Positions 12,202 to 23,870 of a stretch of DNA of 64,000 nt are shown here, piece after piece (the stretch's first letter is position 1; every line of letters begins with the position of its first letter). The stretch spans positions 10,512 to 74,511 of the forward strand of contig BPKK01000010.1 in NCBI GenBank assembly GCA_026005095.1, in the 5' to 3' direction. The position numbers were made by a program, and so were the translations under genes. Below the pieces are notes generated by a model. The model was not told where the DNA came from. It saw only the letters and a program-made list of their open reading frames with translations, and made no database searches. This DNA comes from Silanimonas sp. (lineage in GTDB: Bacteria > Pseudomonadota > Gammaproteobacteria > Xanthomonadales > Xanthomonadaceae).

Positions 12202-13257
12202 ATGCTTCCCCCGAACGCCGGTGCGGCGCTGCAGGCGGCCCTGCCGCAGGTGCTGGCCGGGCTGCCTGCCACGGCCGTGGTGCGTGTCTTCCGCGCCCTG
12301 CCCGGCCTCGCCGCGGCCCTGCCGCCCGGCCTTCGCCTCTCCTTCGCGCAGGGCATGAAGCCGCTGCATGACGCCCTGCGGGCCGAAGGGCGCGGGCCGG
12401 TCGATGACGGGCTTGCCGAACCCGCCGGGCTTCCGGCCCCTTCGCTCGCCCTGCTGCTGCTGCCGCGCTCCCGCGAGGAAGGCAGGGCGCTGCTGGCGCG
12501 GGCCGTGTGCGGGCTGGCGCCCGGCGGCCTTGTACTGGCGGCGGCCCTGAACGAGGAAGGCGCGAAAGCCTTCGAGAAGGATCTCGCGGCCCTGATGCCC
12601 CTGGGGGGGGGACTCAGCAAGGCCCATGGCCGTGCCTTCTGGACGCAACCGCGGCCCGCCATGCTGGAGGCGGCCACGCAGGTGCTGGCGCAGCGCTGGA
12701 TCGCTGCCGATGTCCCGCGGCATGACCCGCATACCGGTCTGTGGACGCGCCCCGGGGTGTTCAACGAGGGCCGGCTCGACGCCGGCTCGGCCCTGCTCAT
12801 CGCGCATCTGCCGGCGAGTCTGCGCGGGCGGGTGGCCGATCTCGGGGCCGGCAGCGGCCTCTTGGCGCGGGCGGTGCTCGAGCGCTGCCCCGGCGTCACG
12901 ATGCTCGATCTCTTCGAGGCCGAGGCCCGGGCGCTCGAACTGGCGCGGCGGCATCTCGCGGGTGCCCGGGTGCCGGTGGGCTTCCATTGGCACGACGTGG
13001 CGGGCGGCGTGCCGGGGCGTTTCGATGCCATCGTCTGCAACCCGCCTTTCCATGTCGGCTCGCGCGGTGTGCCGGCCTTGGGCAGGGCCTTCATCGCCGC
13101 CGCGGCCCGGGCGCTCACCCGCGAGGGGCAACTCCTGCTGGTGGCGAACCGCCACCTGCCCTACGAGGAGGCGCTGCGCGAGGCCTTCGCCCACGGCGAA
13201 CTCGTGGCCGGGGAGGGCGGCTTCAAGGTCTATCGCGCCTGGGGACCGAGGCTGTGA
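12202..13257 (+). CDS. Class I SAM-dependent methyltransferase, RsmC/MTS family
   Basis: PGVF..GRLDAGSALL, DLGAGSG, CNPPFH, VANRHLPYE, GGFKV. Confidence 0.85.
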   Translation: MLPPNAGAALQAALPQVLAGLPATAVVRVFRALPGLAAALPPGLRLSFAQGMKPLHDALRAEGRGPVDDGLAEPAGLPAPSLALLLLPRSREEGRALLARAVCGLAPGGLVLAAALNEEGAKAFEKDLAALMPLGGGLSKAHGRAFWTQPRPAMLEAATQVLAQRWIAADVPRHDPHTGLWTRPGVFNEGRLDAGSALLIAHLPASLRGRVADLGAGSGLLARAVLERCPGVTMLDLFEAEARALELARRHLAGARVPVGFHWHDVAGGVPGRFDAIVCNPPFHVGSRGVPALGRAFIAAAARALTREGQLLLVANRHLPYEEALREAFAHGELVAGEGGFKVYRAWGPRL

Positions 13258-14021
13258 GCGGCAGGGCGGTGAAGCTGCGGCAGTACCTGCAGGCGCTGGG
13301 CTACGGCACGCGCCGCGAGGTGGAGGCCCTGATCGCCGAGGGGCGCGTCACCGACGCGGCGGGCGCGGCCCTGTACGTGGATGACGAGGTGGGCGAGGGG
13401 GCCCCGGCCCGCGGCGGCCATCGCCTGCCGCATGCGGCGCTGCGTCTCGATGGCGTGCCGCTCGACCCGGCCCCGGGCCTCCTGGCGGCCCTGCACAAGC
13501 CGGTGGGCGTCACCTGTTCGACCAAGGACGCCGGGCGGCTCGTCTACGACCTGCTGCCGCCGCGCTGGAAGCGTCGCGATCCGATCGTCGCGCCGGTGGG
13601 GCGGCTCGACAAGGACACTTCGGGCCTGCTGCTGCTCACCGACGATGGGCCGCTGCTGCATCGTCTCACCCATCCGCGCCGGCATCTCCCCAAGGTCTAT
13701 CGCGTCCGCCTCGCCGAAGCGCTGCGCGGCGACGAGGCGGCGTGCTTCGCCGCCGGCACGCTGATGCTGGAGGGAGAAACCAAGCCCCTGCTGCCCGCCA
13801 CGCTCGAGGTGCTGGGCGAACGCGAGGCGCGCCTCACGCTGCACGAGGGCCGCTACCACCAGGTGCGGCGGATGTTCGCCGCTACCGGCAATGCCGTGCT
13901 GGCCCTGCACCGCGAGGCCATCGGCGGGCTCGCCCTGGACGCGCTCGGCCTCGCCGCCGGGGAATGGCGCCTGCTCGATGCGGCGCAGCGGGCCCTGCTG
14001 CTGGGCGAGGCGCACGGCTGA
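13254..14021 (+). CDS. rsuA: RsuA-family rRNA pseudouridine synthase
   Basis: S4-like start (LGYGTRRE), HKPVG, GRLDKDTSGLLLLTDDG, EGRYHQVRRMFAA; GTGA overlap with the upstream stop. Confidence 0.85.
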   Translation: MSGRAVKLRQYLQALGYGTRREVEALIAEGRVTDAAGAALYVDDEVGEGAPARGGHRLPHAALRLDGVPLDPAPGLLAALHKPVGVTCSTKDAGRLVYDLLPPRWKRRDPIVAPVGRLDKDTSGLLLLTDDGPLLHRLTHPRRHLPKVYRVRLAEALRGDEAACFAAGTLMLEGETKPLLPATLEVLGEREARLTLHEGRYHQVRRMFAATGNAVLALHREAIGGLALDALGLAAGEWRLLDAAQRALLLGEAHG

Positions 14022-14025
14022 GGCC

Positions 14026-15227
14026 TTAGGCGCGGTTGAAGCGCCCGATGCCTTCGACCAGGGCGGCGAGCGCCTCCCGTTCCGGTGGCTCGAGATCCGG
14101 ATGCCAGGTATCCATCAGCAGGAGGATCCGCACGCGGTCGCTGCGGTTCCAGGCCTCGTGCCGCCAGGTGTCGTCGAACACCAGCACCTCGCCCTCGCGC
14201 CAGGCGTGGGTGAGCCCGGCCACGTGCAAGGCGCAGTCCCGCGGCACCACCAGCGGCAGGTGCACCACGAGTCGGGTGTTGGTGACTCCGTGGTGCGGCT
14301 TGATGTGGGTGTCCGGGCCGAGCAGCGAGAAGCAGATCTCCGGGGCGTGGTCGGCGATCCGCACCAGGGGCAGGGCCTCGATGGCCGCCGAGGTGGCCGG
14401 GCAGGCGGCATGGACCGACTCGAAGCGGCGGCCGTCGCGGTAGAAGAAGCGCGCCTCCCAGCGGGGCTCGGTGCCGCCGAGGTAGTCGCCGGGATCCTCG
14501 CCCTCGCCGAAATGCAGGAAGGATTCACGGGCCTCCTCGCCACAGGCCGCGAGCGCTTCGGCGCGGATCGCGTCGGTGCGGGCCTCGAGCCCCTCGATCC
14601 AGGGAAAGCGTGAGCGCGGGTAAATCCGATCCTCGGCCAGGCCTGGCAGGAACAGGAAGCGGGCCTTGCGGGCGGGATCCGCGGGTGCCGGGGGCGCGTG
14701 CCCGAGGTAGGCCTCGAGCCAGGCGCGGATGCGGGCGAGGGCAGGGCGGCCATGGGCGTCCTCGAAGGGGCGGAGCAGGGTGTCCAGCAGCTGCCGGCGC
14801 TCGGCGTCCACGAGGTCCATCACCGCCAGGACCAGCGGACGCAGCCCGGGCGGCGTGCTGTCGGCATCGCGCCAGCGGCCCTTGGCCTGGGCCCGGGTCA
14901 GGGCCCGGAAGCCCTGCCGGGCGGCCTCGAGCCGTTCGCCTTTTGCAAGCAGGAGGCGGGCGAGGTTGAGATGGGCGAGTTCGGGCTCCGGTCGGCGGCC
15001 AGCGCCTCACGCAGACGGGCGATGCCCGCCTCGAGCTCACCGGCCGCGGCGAGCGCGATGCCGAGATTGCGTCGCAGCACGCCGCGCAGGGCGGCATCTG
15101 CCCCTGCTCCAAGGTTGGCCTCAGCCTCTTCGATGAGGCGTACGGCTTCGCGCGGGCGCCCAGAACGCATGGCCTGCCCGGCATGGACCATCAGGGCCTC
15201 GAGGCAGGGCTGGAAGGATTCCGTCAT
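14026..15227 (-). pseudogene. TPR-containing aspartyl/asparaginyl beta-hydroxylase (Fe/2OG oxygenase), split by an apparent 1-bp deletion near 14990 (real or sequencing error)
   Basis: C-terminal ORF 14026-14823 has IKPHHGVTNTRLVVHLPL and FDDTWRHEAWN..R. ORF 14898-15227 is TPR-like. Adding one base at about 14990 gives continuous ..ALAADPEPELAHLNLARLL.. and a protein of about 400 aa. Confidence 0.8.
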
Positions 15228-15293
15228 GTCGGGGTGCCGGGCAGGAGACGCCTAGAATACGTGCCTTCCGCCGCAGCCCGGGACTGCCCTGCC

Positions 15294-17124
15294 GTGAGTC
15301 TTCCGTCCGCCCTTCCTCCGGTGGCGCGCCTTTACGAATACTTCGCCGCCGGGCATTGGGGTGAGGTCGAGGCGGGCGCGCGCCAGCGTCTCGAACATCT
15401 GCCCGAGGAGATTCCGACCCGGCTCGTGCTCGCCCTGGCCCTGAGTGCCCAGCGCCGACCCGACGAGGCTCTGCCGCATTTCGAGTGGCTGGCGTCGGCT
15501 CAGCCGGAGGAGCCGGCGCATTGGGTGAATCTCGGGCATTGCCTCTGCGAGCTCGACCGCGCGGCAGAAGCCCTGGCGCCGCTCGAGCGCGCCGAGCGGC
15601 TGGGAGCGCGGGACGAAGCCTTTCTACTCGCGATGGTGCGGGCCCTGCTCGCCCATCAGCGCGTCGCCAGCGCGCGTCCGCTTGCCGAAGCCCTGGTACG
15701 TCGCGCCCCGGATGATGCGGAGGCGGTTCTGCTGTATGTCCGCACCCTGCTGGCCAACGAAGAACCCGAGCTCGCCGCAGAGGCGATGGCGGCCTTTTCC
15801 GGGCGTCCGCTCGATCCCGACGGCGGCGCTCGAGGCCGGCCATCTGCTGCTGGAAATCGGCCTTTACGAAGACGCCCTGGCACGCTTCCGCGAGGCCGCC
15901 GCCGCCAGCCCGGAACAGATCGAGGCCAGGCTCGGCATCGCCTCGGCCCTGGAGCGGCTCAATCGGGTCGATGAAGCGGTCGCGGTCTTCGTCACGGTCG
16001 CCAGCGCGGCGGAGGGCGAGGGCCGCATCGCCGAACTGGCCCTCGAACTGGACGCCCAACTGGCGGCCCGCCGTGGCGAGCACGGGCGTGCCATCGCCGG
16101 TTACCGCCGGCTCTGCGCGCGTTCGCGCGATCTTGCCGCCCGGGGCGATCTGCATCTCAAGCTCGCCCGGAGCCTGGCCGAAGCCGGCCGGGCCGAGGAA
16201 GCCATTGCCGAGGCGGGTGAGGGCCATCGCCTGAAACTGGCTCGCGTGCGTGCCGCGCATGCCGGTATGCCGCCCGGAGAGCGCCTGCTGGCGGTGCTGG
16301 ACGAGCCCGTGCCGCCGGTGGGTCGCTTCCATGATGCCGGGCCCGTGGGGGCTCCCCCGGATCCGGTCTTCGTCGTCGGCTTCCCGCGTTCCGGCACCAC
16401 CCTGCTCGAGCAGCTCCTGGATGCCCACGAGGCCCTCGCCTCTTTCGACGAGCAGCCCTTCCTGCACCGGCTCGTCACCGAGCTCGAGCGCGGAGGAACG
16501 CCGTACCCGGCGGCGCTCGCCGGCCTCGACAGGGCGCTTGCCGGTCGGCTCCGCGAGCGCTACTTCACCGAGGTCGGCCGCAAGCTCGGCGGAGCCGGCG
16601 GGCGGCGGGCGGTCGACAAGAATCCGCTCAACCTCGTGCGTCTGCCGCTGGTGGCCGCGCTGTTCCCGCAGGCCCACGTCATTCTCGCGCTGCGCCATCC
16701 CTGCGACGTGGTGCTGAGCTGTTTCATGCAGAACTTCCGTTCGCCGGCCTTCGCCGTCACCTTCGCTACGCTCGAGTCCACGGCGGCGATGTACGCGAAG
16801 GTGATGGCGCACTGGCAGCGCAATGCCGCGGCGCTCGGTCTGCCGGTCTACCGGCTGCGCTACGAGGCGCTGGTGGCCGACGTGGCCGGCGAGGGACGGC
16901 GGCTGTTCGATTTCCTTGGCTTGCCCTGGCACGATTCCCTGCTCGCCTTCACCGAGCGTGCCCGAGCGAAAGGTGCGATCAGCACGCCGAGCTACGCCCA
17001 GGTGGTACAGCCGGTGAACCGCCGGGCCGTGGGACGCTGGCAGGCCTACCGCGCTGCCTTCGAGTCCTCCGGGGCGCTGCGCCTGCTCGCGCCCTGGATC
17101 GAGACCTTCGGCTACGAGGCATGA
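15294..17124 (+). pseudogene. TPR-repeat sulfotransferase (Sulfotransfer_3 / TPST-like), split by an apparent +1 base near 15816-15818
   Basis: N-terminal TPRs (HWVNLGHCLCELDR..EAL); PAPS motif PVFVVGFPRSGTTLL, VDKNPLN, RHPCDVVLSCF, YEALV, TPSYAQV. Removing one C in GATCCCGA joins the two frames (about 609 aa). Start uncertain. Confidence 0.82.
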
Positions 17125-17155
17125 AAAAAGCCGCGCGGGTTGCCCCGCGCGGCTT
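17124..17155 (-). terminator. Rho-independent terminator of the TonB-dependent receptor gene (hairpin may act bidirectionally)
   Basis: AAGCCGCGCGGG-TTGC-CCCGCGCGGCTT 12-bp stem; ends in a T6 run on the minus strand. Confidence 0.85.
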
Positions 17156-17175
17156 CGGTGGGCATGGCCCCTGCG

Positions 17176-20037
17176 TCAGAAGCTGACGGTGGCGCTCGCC
17201 CAGTAGAAGCGGCCCACGGTGTCGTGGGTGCGCTCGTCGATGTTTCCGTTGAGCGAGTTGTTCTGGTACAGGATCGCCGGCTGCTTGTCGAAGGCGTTGT
17301 CGATGCCGAGCATGAAGCGGGTGTTCCAGTCATCGACGCGGTAACCCACCTGGAAGTTGTGGTAGGTGTTGGCGCCGCGGAAGAACACGCAGCCTTCATT
17401 GCCGACGACCGAGCGCCCGGCATTGTCGGCGCAGGGGCCGTCCTCGCGCAGGCTGCCCACCTTGAAGCCATGGACATAGCGCTGGGTCCACTGCGCCTCC
17501 CAGTTGCCGAGCGTCCAGTTCAGGGTGCCGAGCGCGCGCCAGCGGCTGTAGTTACCGAGGCCGCCTTTCGAGGCAGGCAGGAAGGTGCCGGCGTTGAACT
17601 GCTGGTCGACGACCACACCGTTGACGATCACCTTGACGTCGTACTGCGCCACGTAGGTGGTGTCGAGGCTGTAGCGGAAGCTGCCCCAGTCGGTGTCGAG
17701 CGCGTACTTGAAGCCGAGGTCGAAGCCGCGGGTCACCGTGGTGCCGGCGTTCTGCTGGCGGTCCTGCACCAGGAACACGTCGCCGGTGGCCGGATTGCGG
17801 GTGAACAGGCTGCAGAACGCCGCGTTGCCGGCGAAGCAGGCATCGAGGATCGGCTGGGTGCCATAGGTCTGGATGGTGTCCTTGAGGCTCACGCGCCAAA
17901 CGTCGAGGGTGGCGGAGAAGCCATCGAGCCATTCCGGCGAGTACACCGCGCCCCAGGTCACCACGTCGCCGGTCTCCGGCTTGAGGTTCTCGTTGCCGCC
18001 GAGCAGGGCGTTGGTCTGGCCCAGGCCCTGCTGGAAGGTGCCGGGCCCGCTGAGGCCGACGCAGGACAGTGGGCGGCCATTGCAGGGGTCGGAGTACACC
18101 GGGTTGGTGATGCGGATGCCGCCGTAGAGATCGGAGATGGTCGGCGCGCGGAACACCTCGGCATAGGTCCCGCGCAGCATCAGGTCGTCGATGACCCGCC
18201 ACTCGAGGCCGAGCTTGCTGTTGGTGGTGCTGCCGAAACTGTCGTAGTCCGACCAGCGGGTGCCGAGGGTGGCGTTCAGGCGGCTGGCCAGCGGCAGCAG
18301 GAACTCGGCATAGAGTTCCTTCACCGTGGAGGACCCCGAGGTGGGATTGGCGCAGCTCTCGGAGCTGATGCCGCAGCCGAAGGTGCTGCCGTCGCCCTGG
18401 ATGAACTTGATCGCCGCCGGACGGAAGGCGAAACGCTCCTTGCGGTATTCGGCGCCGATGGCGGCGCCGACCGTCCCGGCCGGTAGCTCGAACAGATCAC
18501 CGCTGAAGTTCAGGCTCAGGCTGCGTTCGGTATTGGTGGTGGTATCGCTCACCGGCACGCGCAGGGCCTCCAGCGCGGCGATCTGGGCCTGACCTTCCGG
18601 GGTGGCCGGATCGGGCTGGTTGAAAAAGTTGATCGGCGTGCAGTTGGCGATCACGTTGCCGGGCGTGCCGCAGCGCGGCACGTTCTGGGCGTCGCGGAAG
18701 GACGGGCCGAGGGCGTCGGCGAGGCGGGCATAGTCGATGTAGCCCACGTCCTCGTTGGTCTGCACGAGGCGGCCATAGCCCAGGGTGGCATCCCAGCGCC
18801 AGGAGGTGTTGCCGATGGCGCCCTCGAGACCGGCGTACATCTGCTTGAAGTCGGTCTCGTACTCGTAGCTGCGGTCGCCGAGGCCGAGGATGCGGTAGCG
18901 GCCGTTCACGTCGGCGCCGAAGGGGTTGTAGATGCTCTGGCCGGACAGCGGGATGCCGTCGAAGTCGGAGAAGAAGGGCAGCGGGGCGATGATGCCGGCG
19001 GAGCGGGTGTTCTGGCCGAGGAAGGTGGCGAAGGCCGTCACCGTCTCGGTCAGATCCAATTTGCCGCTGAAGGCGAGGCCGGCGCGCTCCTGTGGCGTCA
19101 TCACCACGTTGCCGGCGGCCTGGTAGTTGTAGGAATCGGTCTCGCCGCCGACGTAGCAGCGGAAGTCCGAGGGGCTGGTGCCCGAGGTGCCCTCACGGCG
19201 GGTGACGTTGGCGAAGCCGTTGCCGCCGACGCAGGCGCCGAGGCCGTTGGCGATGGCGACCGCGGCCGGCAGGGTGTAGCGGCCGCGCGGCGTGGAGCTG
19301 GAGCCCGCGCGCGAGACCACGCCGGTCGAGAGGTAGAGGGCGAAGGCCGAGAAATCGCGGTCGGCCGAGGAGATCTTCTCCTGCTTGTTGTAGTTCACCG
19401 AGAGGATCGCCGAGCCGCGGTCGCCCGACCAGCCGAGCGTCGAGGAGGCACCGGTGCGCTCGCCGTCGTCGCGCGAGGAGATGCCGTAGTTCACGGTGGC
19501 GGTGGCGCCCTCGAAGCCGCGCTTGATGATGAAGTTCACCACGCCGCCGATGGCGTCGGAGCCGTAGATCGCCGAGGCGCCGTCCTTCAGTACCTCGACG
19601 CGCTCGATCATCTCGACCGGAATCGAGTTGATGTCGTCATAGGTGACGCGGCGGCCGTCGAGCAGCAGCAAGGTGCGCTGTTCGCCGAGACCGCGCAGCG
19701 AGACGGTGGAAGCGCCGTCGCCGCCGCCGTTGTTCACCGCCGGGTTGGTGGCAGCGCCGGCGATCGAGGGTGTGGACTGGATGAGGTTGCCGAGCGTGAC
19801 GGCGCCGCTGCGCTCGATGGTGGCGCGGTCGAGCACCAGCACCGGGCTCGCGGTTTCGGCATCGACGCGGCGGATGCGGGTGCCCGTGACCTGGACGGCA
19901 TCGAGGGTCTTGGCTTCGGTGCCCTCGGCGGGCGCGCTGCCCTGGGCGAGGGCCTGGCCGGCAAGGGCGGTGCTGCCGGCGAGGCCGAGCGCGAGGGCGC
20001 GGCGCACGCTGGCGGCGAGCGAGGTGAGAGCGGTCAT
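17176..20037 (-). CDS. TonB-dependent outer-membrane receptor, Cys-rich
   Basis: Signal peptide; TonB-box-like LDAVQVTGTRI; plug motifs SLRGLG and IERVEVLKDGASAIYGSDAIGGVVN; NLKPE; C-terminal ..TVSF; AAGGA RBS before ATG 20037. Confidence 0.95.
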   Translation of the reverse strand: MTALTSLAASVRRALALGLAGSTALAGQALAQGSAPAEGTEAKTLDAVQVTGTRIRRVDAETASPVLVLDRATIERSGAVTLGNLIQSTPSIAGAATNPAVNNGGGDGASTVSLRGLGEQRTLLLLDGRRVTYDDINSIPVEMIERVEVLKDGASAIYGSDAIGGVVNFIIKRGFEGATATVNYGISSRDDGERTGASSTLGWSGDRGSAILSVNYNKQEKISSADRDFSAFALYLSTGVVSRAGSSSTPRGRYTLPAAVAIANGLGACVGGNGFANVTRREGTSGTSPSDFRCYVGGETDSYNYQAAGNVVMTPQERAGLAFSGKLDLTETVTAFATFLGQNTRSAGIIAPLPFFSDFDGIPLSGQSIYNPFGADVNGRYRILGLGDRSYEYETDFKQMYAGLEGAIGNTSWRWDATLGYGRLVQTNEDVGYIDYARLADALGPSFRDAQNVPRCGTPGNVIANCTPINFFNQPDPATPEGQAQIAALEALRVPVSDTTTNTERSLSLNFSGDLFELPAGTVGAAIGAEYRKERFAFRPAAIKFIQGDGSTFGCGISSESCANPTSGSSTVKELYAEFLLPLASRLNATLGTRWSDYDSFGSTTNSKLGLEWRVIDDLMLRGTYAEVFRAPTISDLYGGIRITNPVYSDPCNGRPLSCVGLSGPGTFQQGLGQTNALLGGNENLKPETGDVVTWGAVYSPEWLDGFSATLDVWRVSLKDTIQTYGTQPILDACFAGNAAFCSLFTRNPATGDVFLVQDRQQNAGTTVTRGFDLGFKYALDTDWGSFRYSLDTTYVAQYDVKVIVNGVVVDQQFNAGTFLPASKGGLGNYSRWRALGTLNWTLGNWEAQWTQRYVHGFKVGSLREDGPCADNAGRSVVGNEGCVFFRGANTYHNFQVGYRVDDWNTRFMLGIDNAFDKQPAILYQNNSLNGNIDERTHDTVGRFYWASATVSF

Positions 20038-20192
20038 GCAGGGGTCCTTCGGAAGTGGCGGGACGGGAACGCTTCGTGGAGAAAACATCAACGCATGGTC
20101 ACGCCCAGATGAAGGCACGATGACCGTCTTTGACATTTAATGCGTTCTTCACGCCCTGTCCAGTGCCTTCCGGGCGGGGCGTGCCCGCCTCA

Positions 20193-22424
<2,232 letters not shown>

Positions 22425-22452
22425 ACCGCGCCAGCGGAAGCCCCGTTCCCGC

Positions 22453-23379
22453 GTGATCCAGCCCGGTTCGCCCCCGCCGAAACTCGCCGACGCGGCCGCG
22501 GGCACCCTGCCGCTGCTGGCCTGCATCGTGCTCTCGGCGGTGCTGATGGTGGTCGACCACCGCGGCGAGCTCTCGCCGCGGGTGCGTGCCGCCCTCTCGC
22601 TGGCGGTGGAGCCGGTCTGGCGGCTGGCCGCCCTTCCGGGAAGCCTCTGGCGCTGGGCCGGCACCACCCTCTCGCGGCAGCAGGCCCTGGCCGAGGAGAC
22701 GCGGCTGCTGCGCCGCGAGCTGCAGCTGCGCGATGCCCAGCTGGCGCGGCTGGAGGCGGTCTCGCGAGAGAACCAGCGCCTGCGCGACCTGCTCGGGGCC
22801 AAGGGCGACTTCCAGCTGACGGTGCAGATGGCCGGCATCCTCGATGTCGACCTCGACCCGTGGCGGCAGCGCATCCGCCTCGACCGTGGCCGGGCCGAGG
22901 GCGTGGAGGAAGGCCAGGCGGTGATCGATGCCGGCGGCATGCTCGGGCAGGTGGTGGAGGTCTCCGAGCACGGCGCCACCGCCCTGCTGCTCACCGATGC
23001 CAGCCACTCGGTGCCGGTGCAGGTGGTACGTACCGGGCTGCGCCTGGTGGCGGTGGGCACCGGCCGCAGCGACACGCTGCGGGTGCCGAACATCCCGCAG
23101 TCGGCGGATGTCCGGGTGGGTGACCTGCTGGTGACCTCGGGCATCGGCGGGCGCTTCCCGGCGGGGTTCGCCGTAGGCACGGTGCGTGCGGTGGGGCCCG
23201 ACGACACCCGTCTCTTCCTCGTCGCCGAGGCCACGCCGGCGGCCCGCCTCGACCACGGGCAGGAAGTGCTGCTGGTGATGCGCGGCGAGATCGACCCCAG
23301 CGTCGGGCCGCCGGTTCCCGAGGTCCTGACTCCGGCCCCGCCGCCGGCTTCGGCCGCCACCGCGGAGCCATCGCGATGA
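22453..23379 (+). CDS. mreC: Rod shape-determining protein MreC
   Basis: N-terminal TM, coiled coil ENQRLRDLL, VTSGIGGRFPAG; lies directly after mreB. Confidence 0.93.
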   Translation: MIQPGSPPPKLADAAAGTLPLLACIVLSAVLMVVDHRGELSPRVRAALSLAVEPVWRLAALPGSLWRWAGTTLSRQQALAEETRLLRRELQLRDAQLARLEAVSRENQRLRDLLGAKGDFQLTVQMAGILDVDLDPWRQRIRLDRGRAEGVEEGQAVIDAGGMLGQVVEVSEHGATALLLTDASHSVPVQVVRTGLRLVAVGTGRSDTLRVPNIPQSADVRVGDLLVTSGIGGRFPAGFAVGTVRAVGPDDTRLFLVAEATPAARLDHGQEVLLVMRGEIDPSVGPPVPEVLTPAPPPASAATAEPSR

Positions 23380-23870
23380 ACCGCGCGCCTCCGCTCTGGC
23401 TGCGCCTCGGCAGCCTGGCCCTCGGCCTCGTCTTCCTGGTGCTGGCCCTGCCCTGGCCGCTCGACCTGCTGCGCCCGCATCTGCTCGCTCTCGCCCTGGT
23501 CTACTGGAGTCTGGAAGCCCCGGGTCGCGGTGCCATGGCGCTTGCCTGGTGTGCCGGCCTGCTGGCCGACGTGCTGGGCGGCACCCTGCTTGGTGAGCAG
23601 GCCCTGCGTATGGCCGTACTGGTGTTCTTGGTGCAGCGCTTCCGCGCCCAGCTGCGCTTCTTCCCGCTCTGGCAGCAGTCGGCCGCGGTGGGCCTGCTGC
23701 TGCTCAACGATCTCGCCCTGATGGCCTTGGTGCGCCTGGTCGCCGGGGCAGGGCTGCCCTCGCCGCTGCTGCTGTTCTCGCCACTGGCGGCGACGCTCAT
23801 CTGGCCTTGGTGGTTCCTGCTGCTCGACGCACTCAGGCTGCGCCACCGCGAGCGGACCCTGCCGCGATGA
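23376..23870 (+). CDS. mreD: Rod shape-determining protein MreD
   Basis: Hydrophobic protein; RPHLLALALVYW, GLLADVLGGTLLGEQA; synteny. Confidence 0.93.
   Translation: MNRAPPLWLRLGSLALGLVFLVLALPWPLDLLRPHLLALALVYWSLEAPGRGAMALAWCAGLLADVLGGTLLGEQALRMAVLVFLVQRFRAQLRFFPLWQQSAAVGLLLLNDLALMALVRLVAGAGLPSPLLLFSPLAATLIWPWWFLLLDALRLRHRERTLPR

Noticed and set aside
12603-12611. G9 tract in the methyltransferase (also G8 at 6801-6808 in the STAS gene) as phase-variation sites
   Set aside because: Both genes are in frame, the tracts encode Gly runs, and such runs are unremarkable at this GC content without read-level evidence.
20038-20192. AT-richer spacer upstream of the receptor as a riboswitch, Fur box or precursor-peptide ORF
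   Set aside because: No recognisable cobalamin/TPP riboswitch core, Fur consensus or RBS-led small ORF. Only partial inverted repeats (AACGCAT/ATGCGTT).
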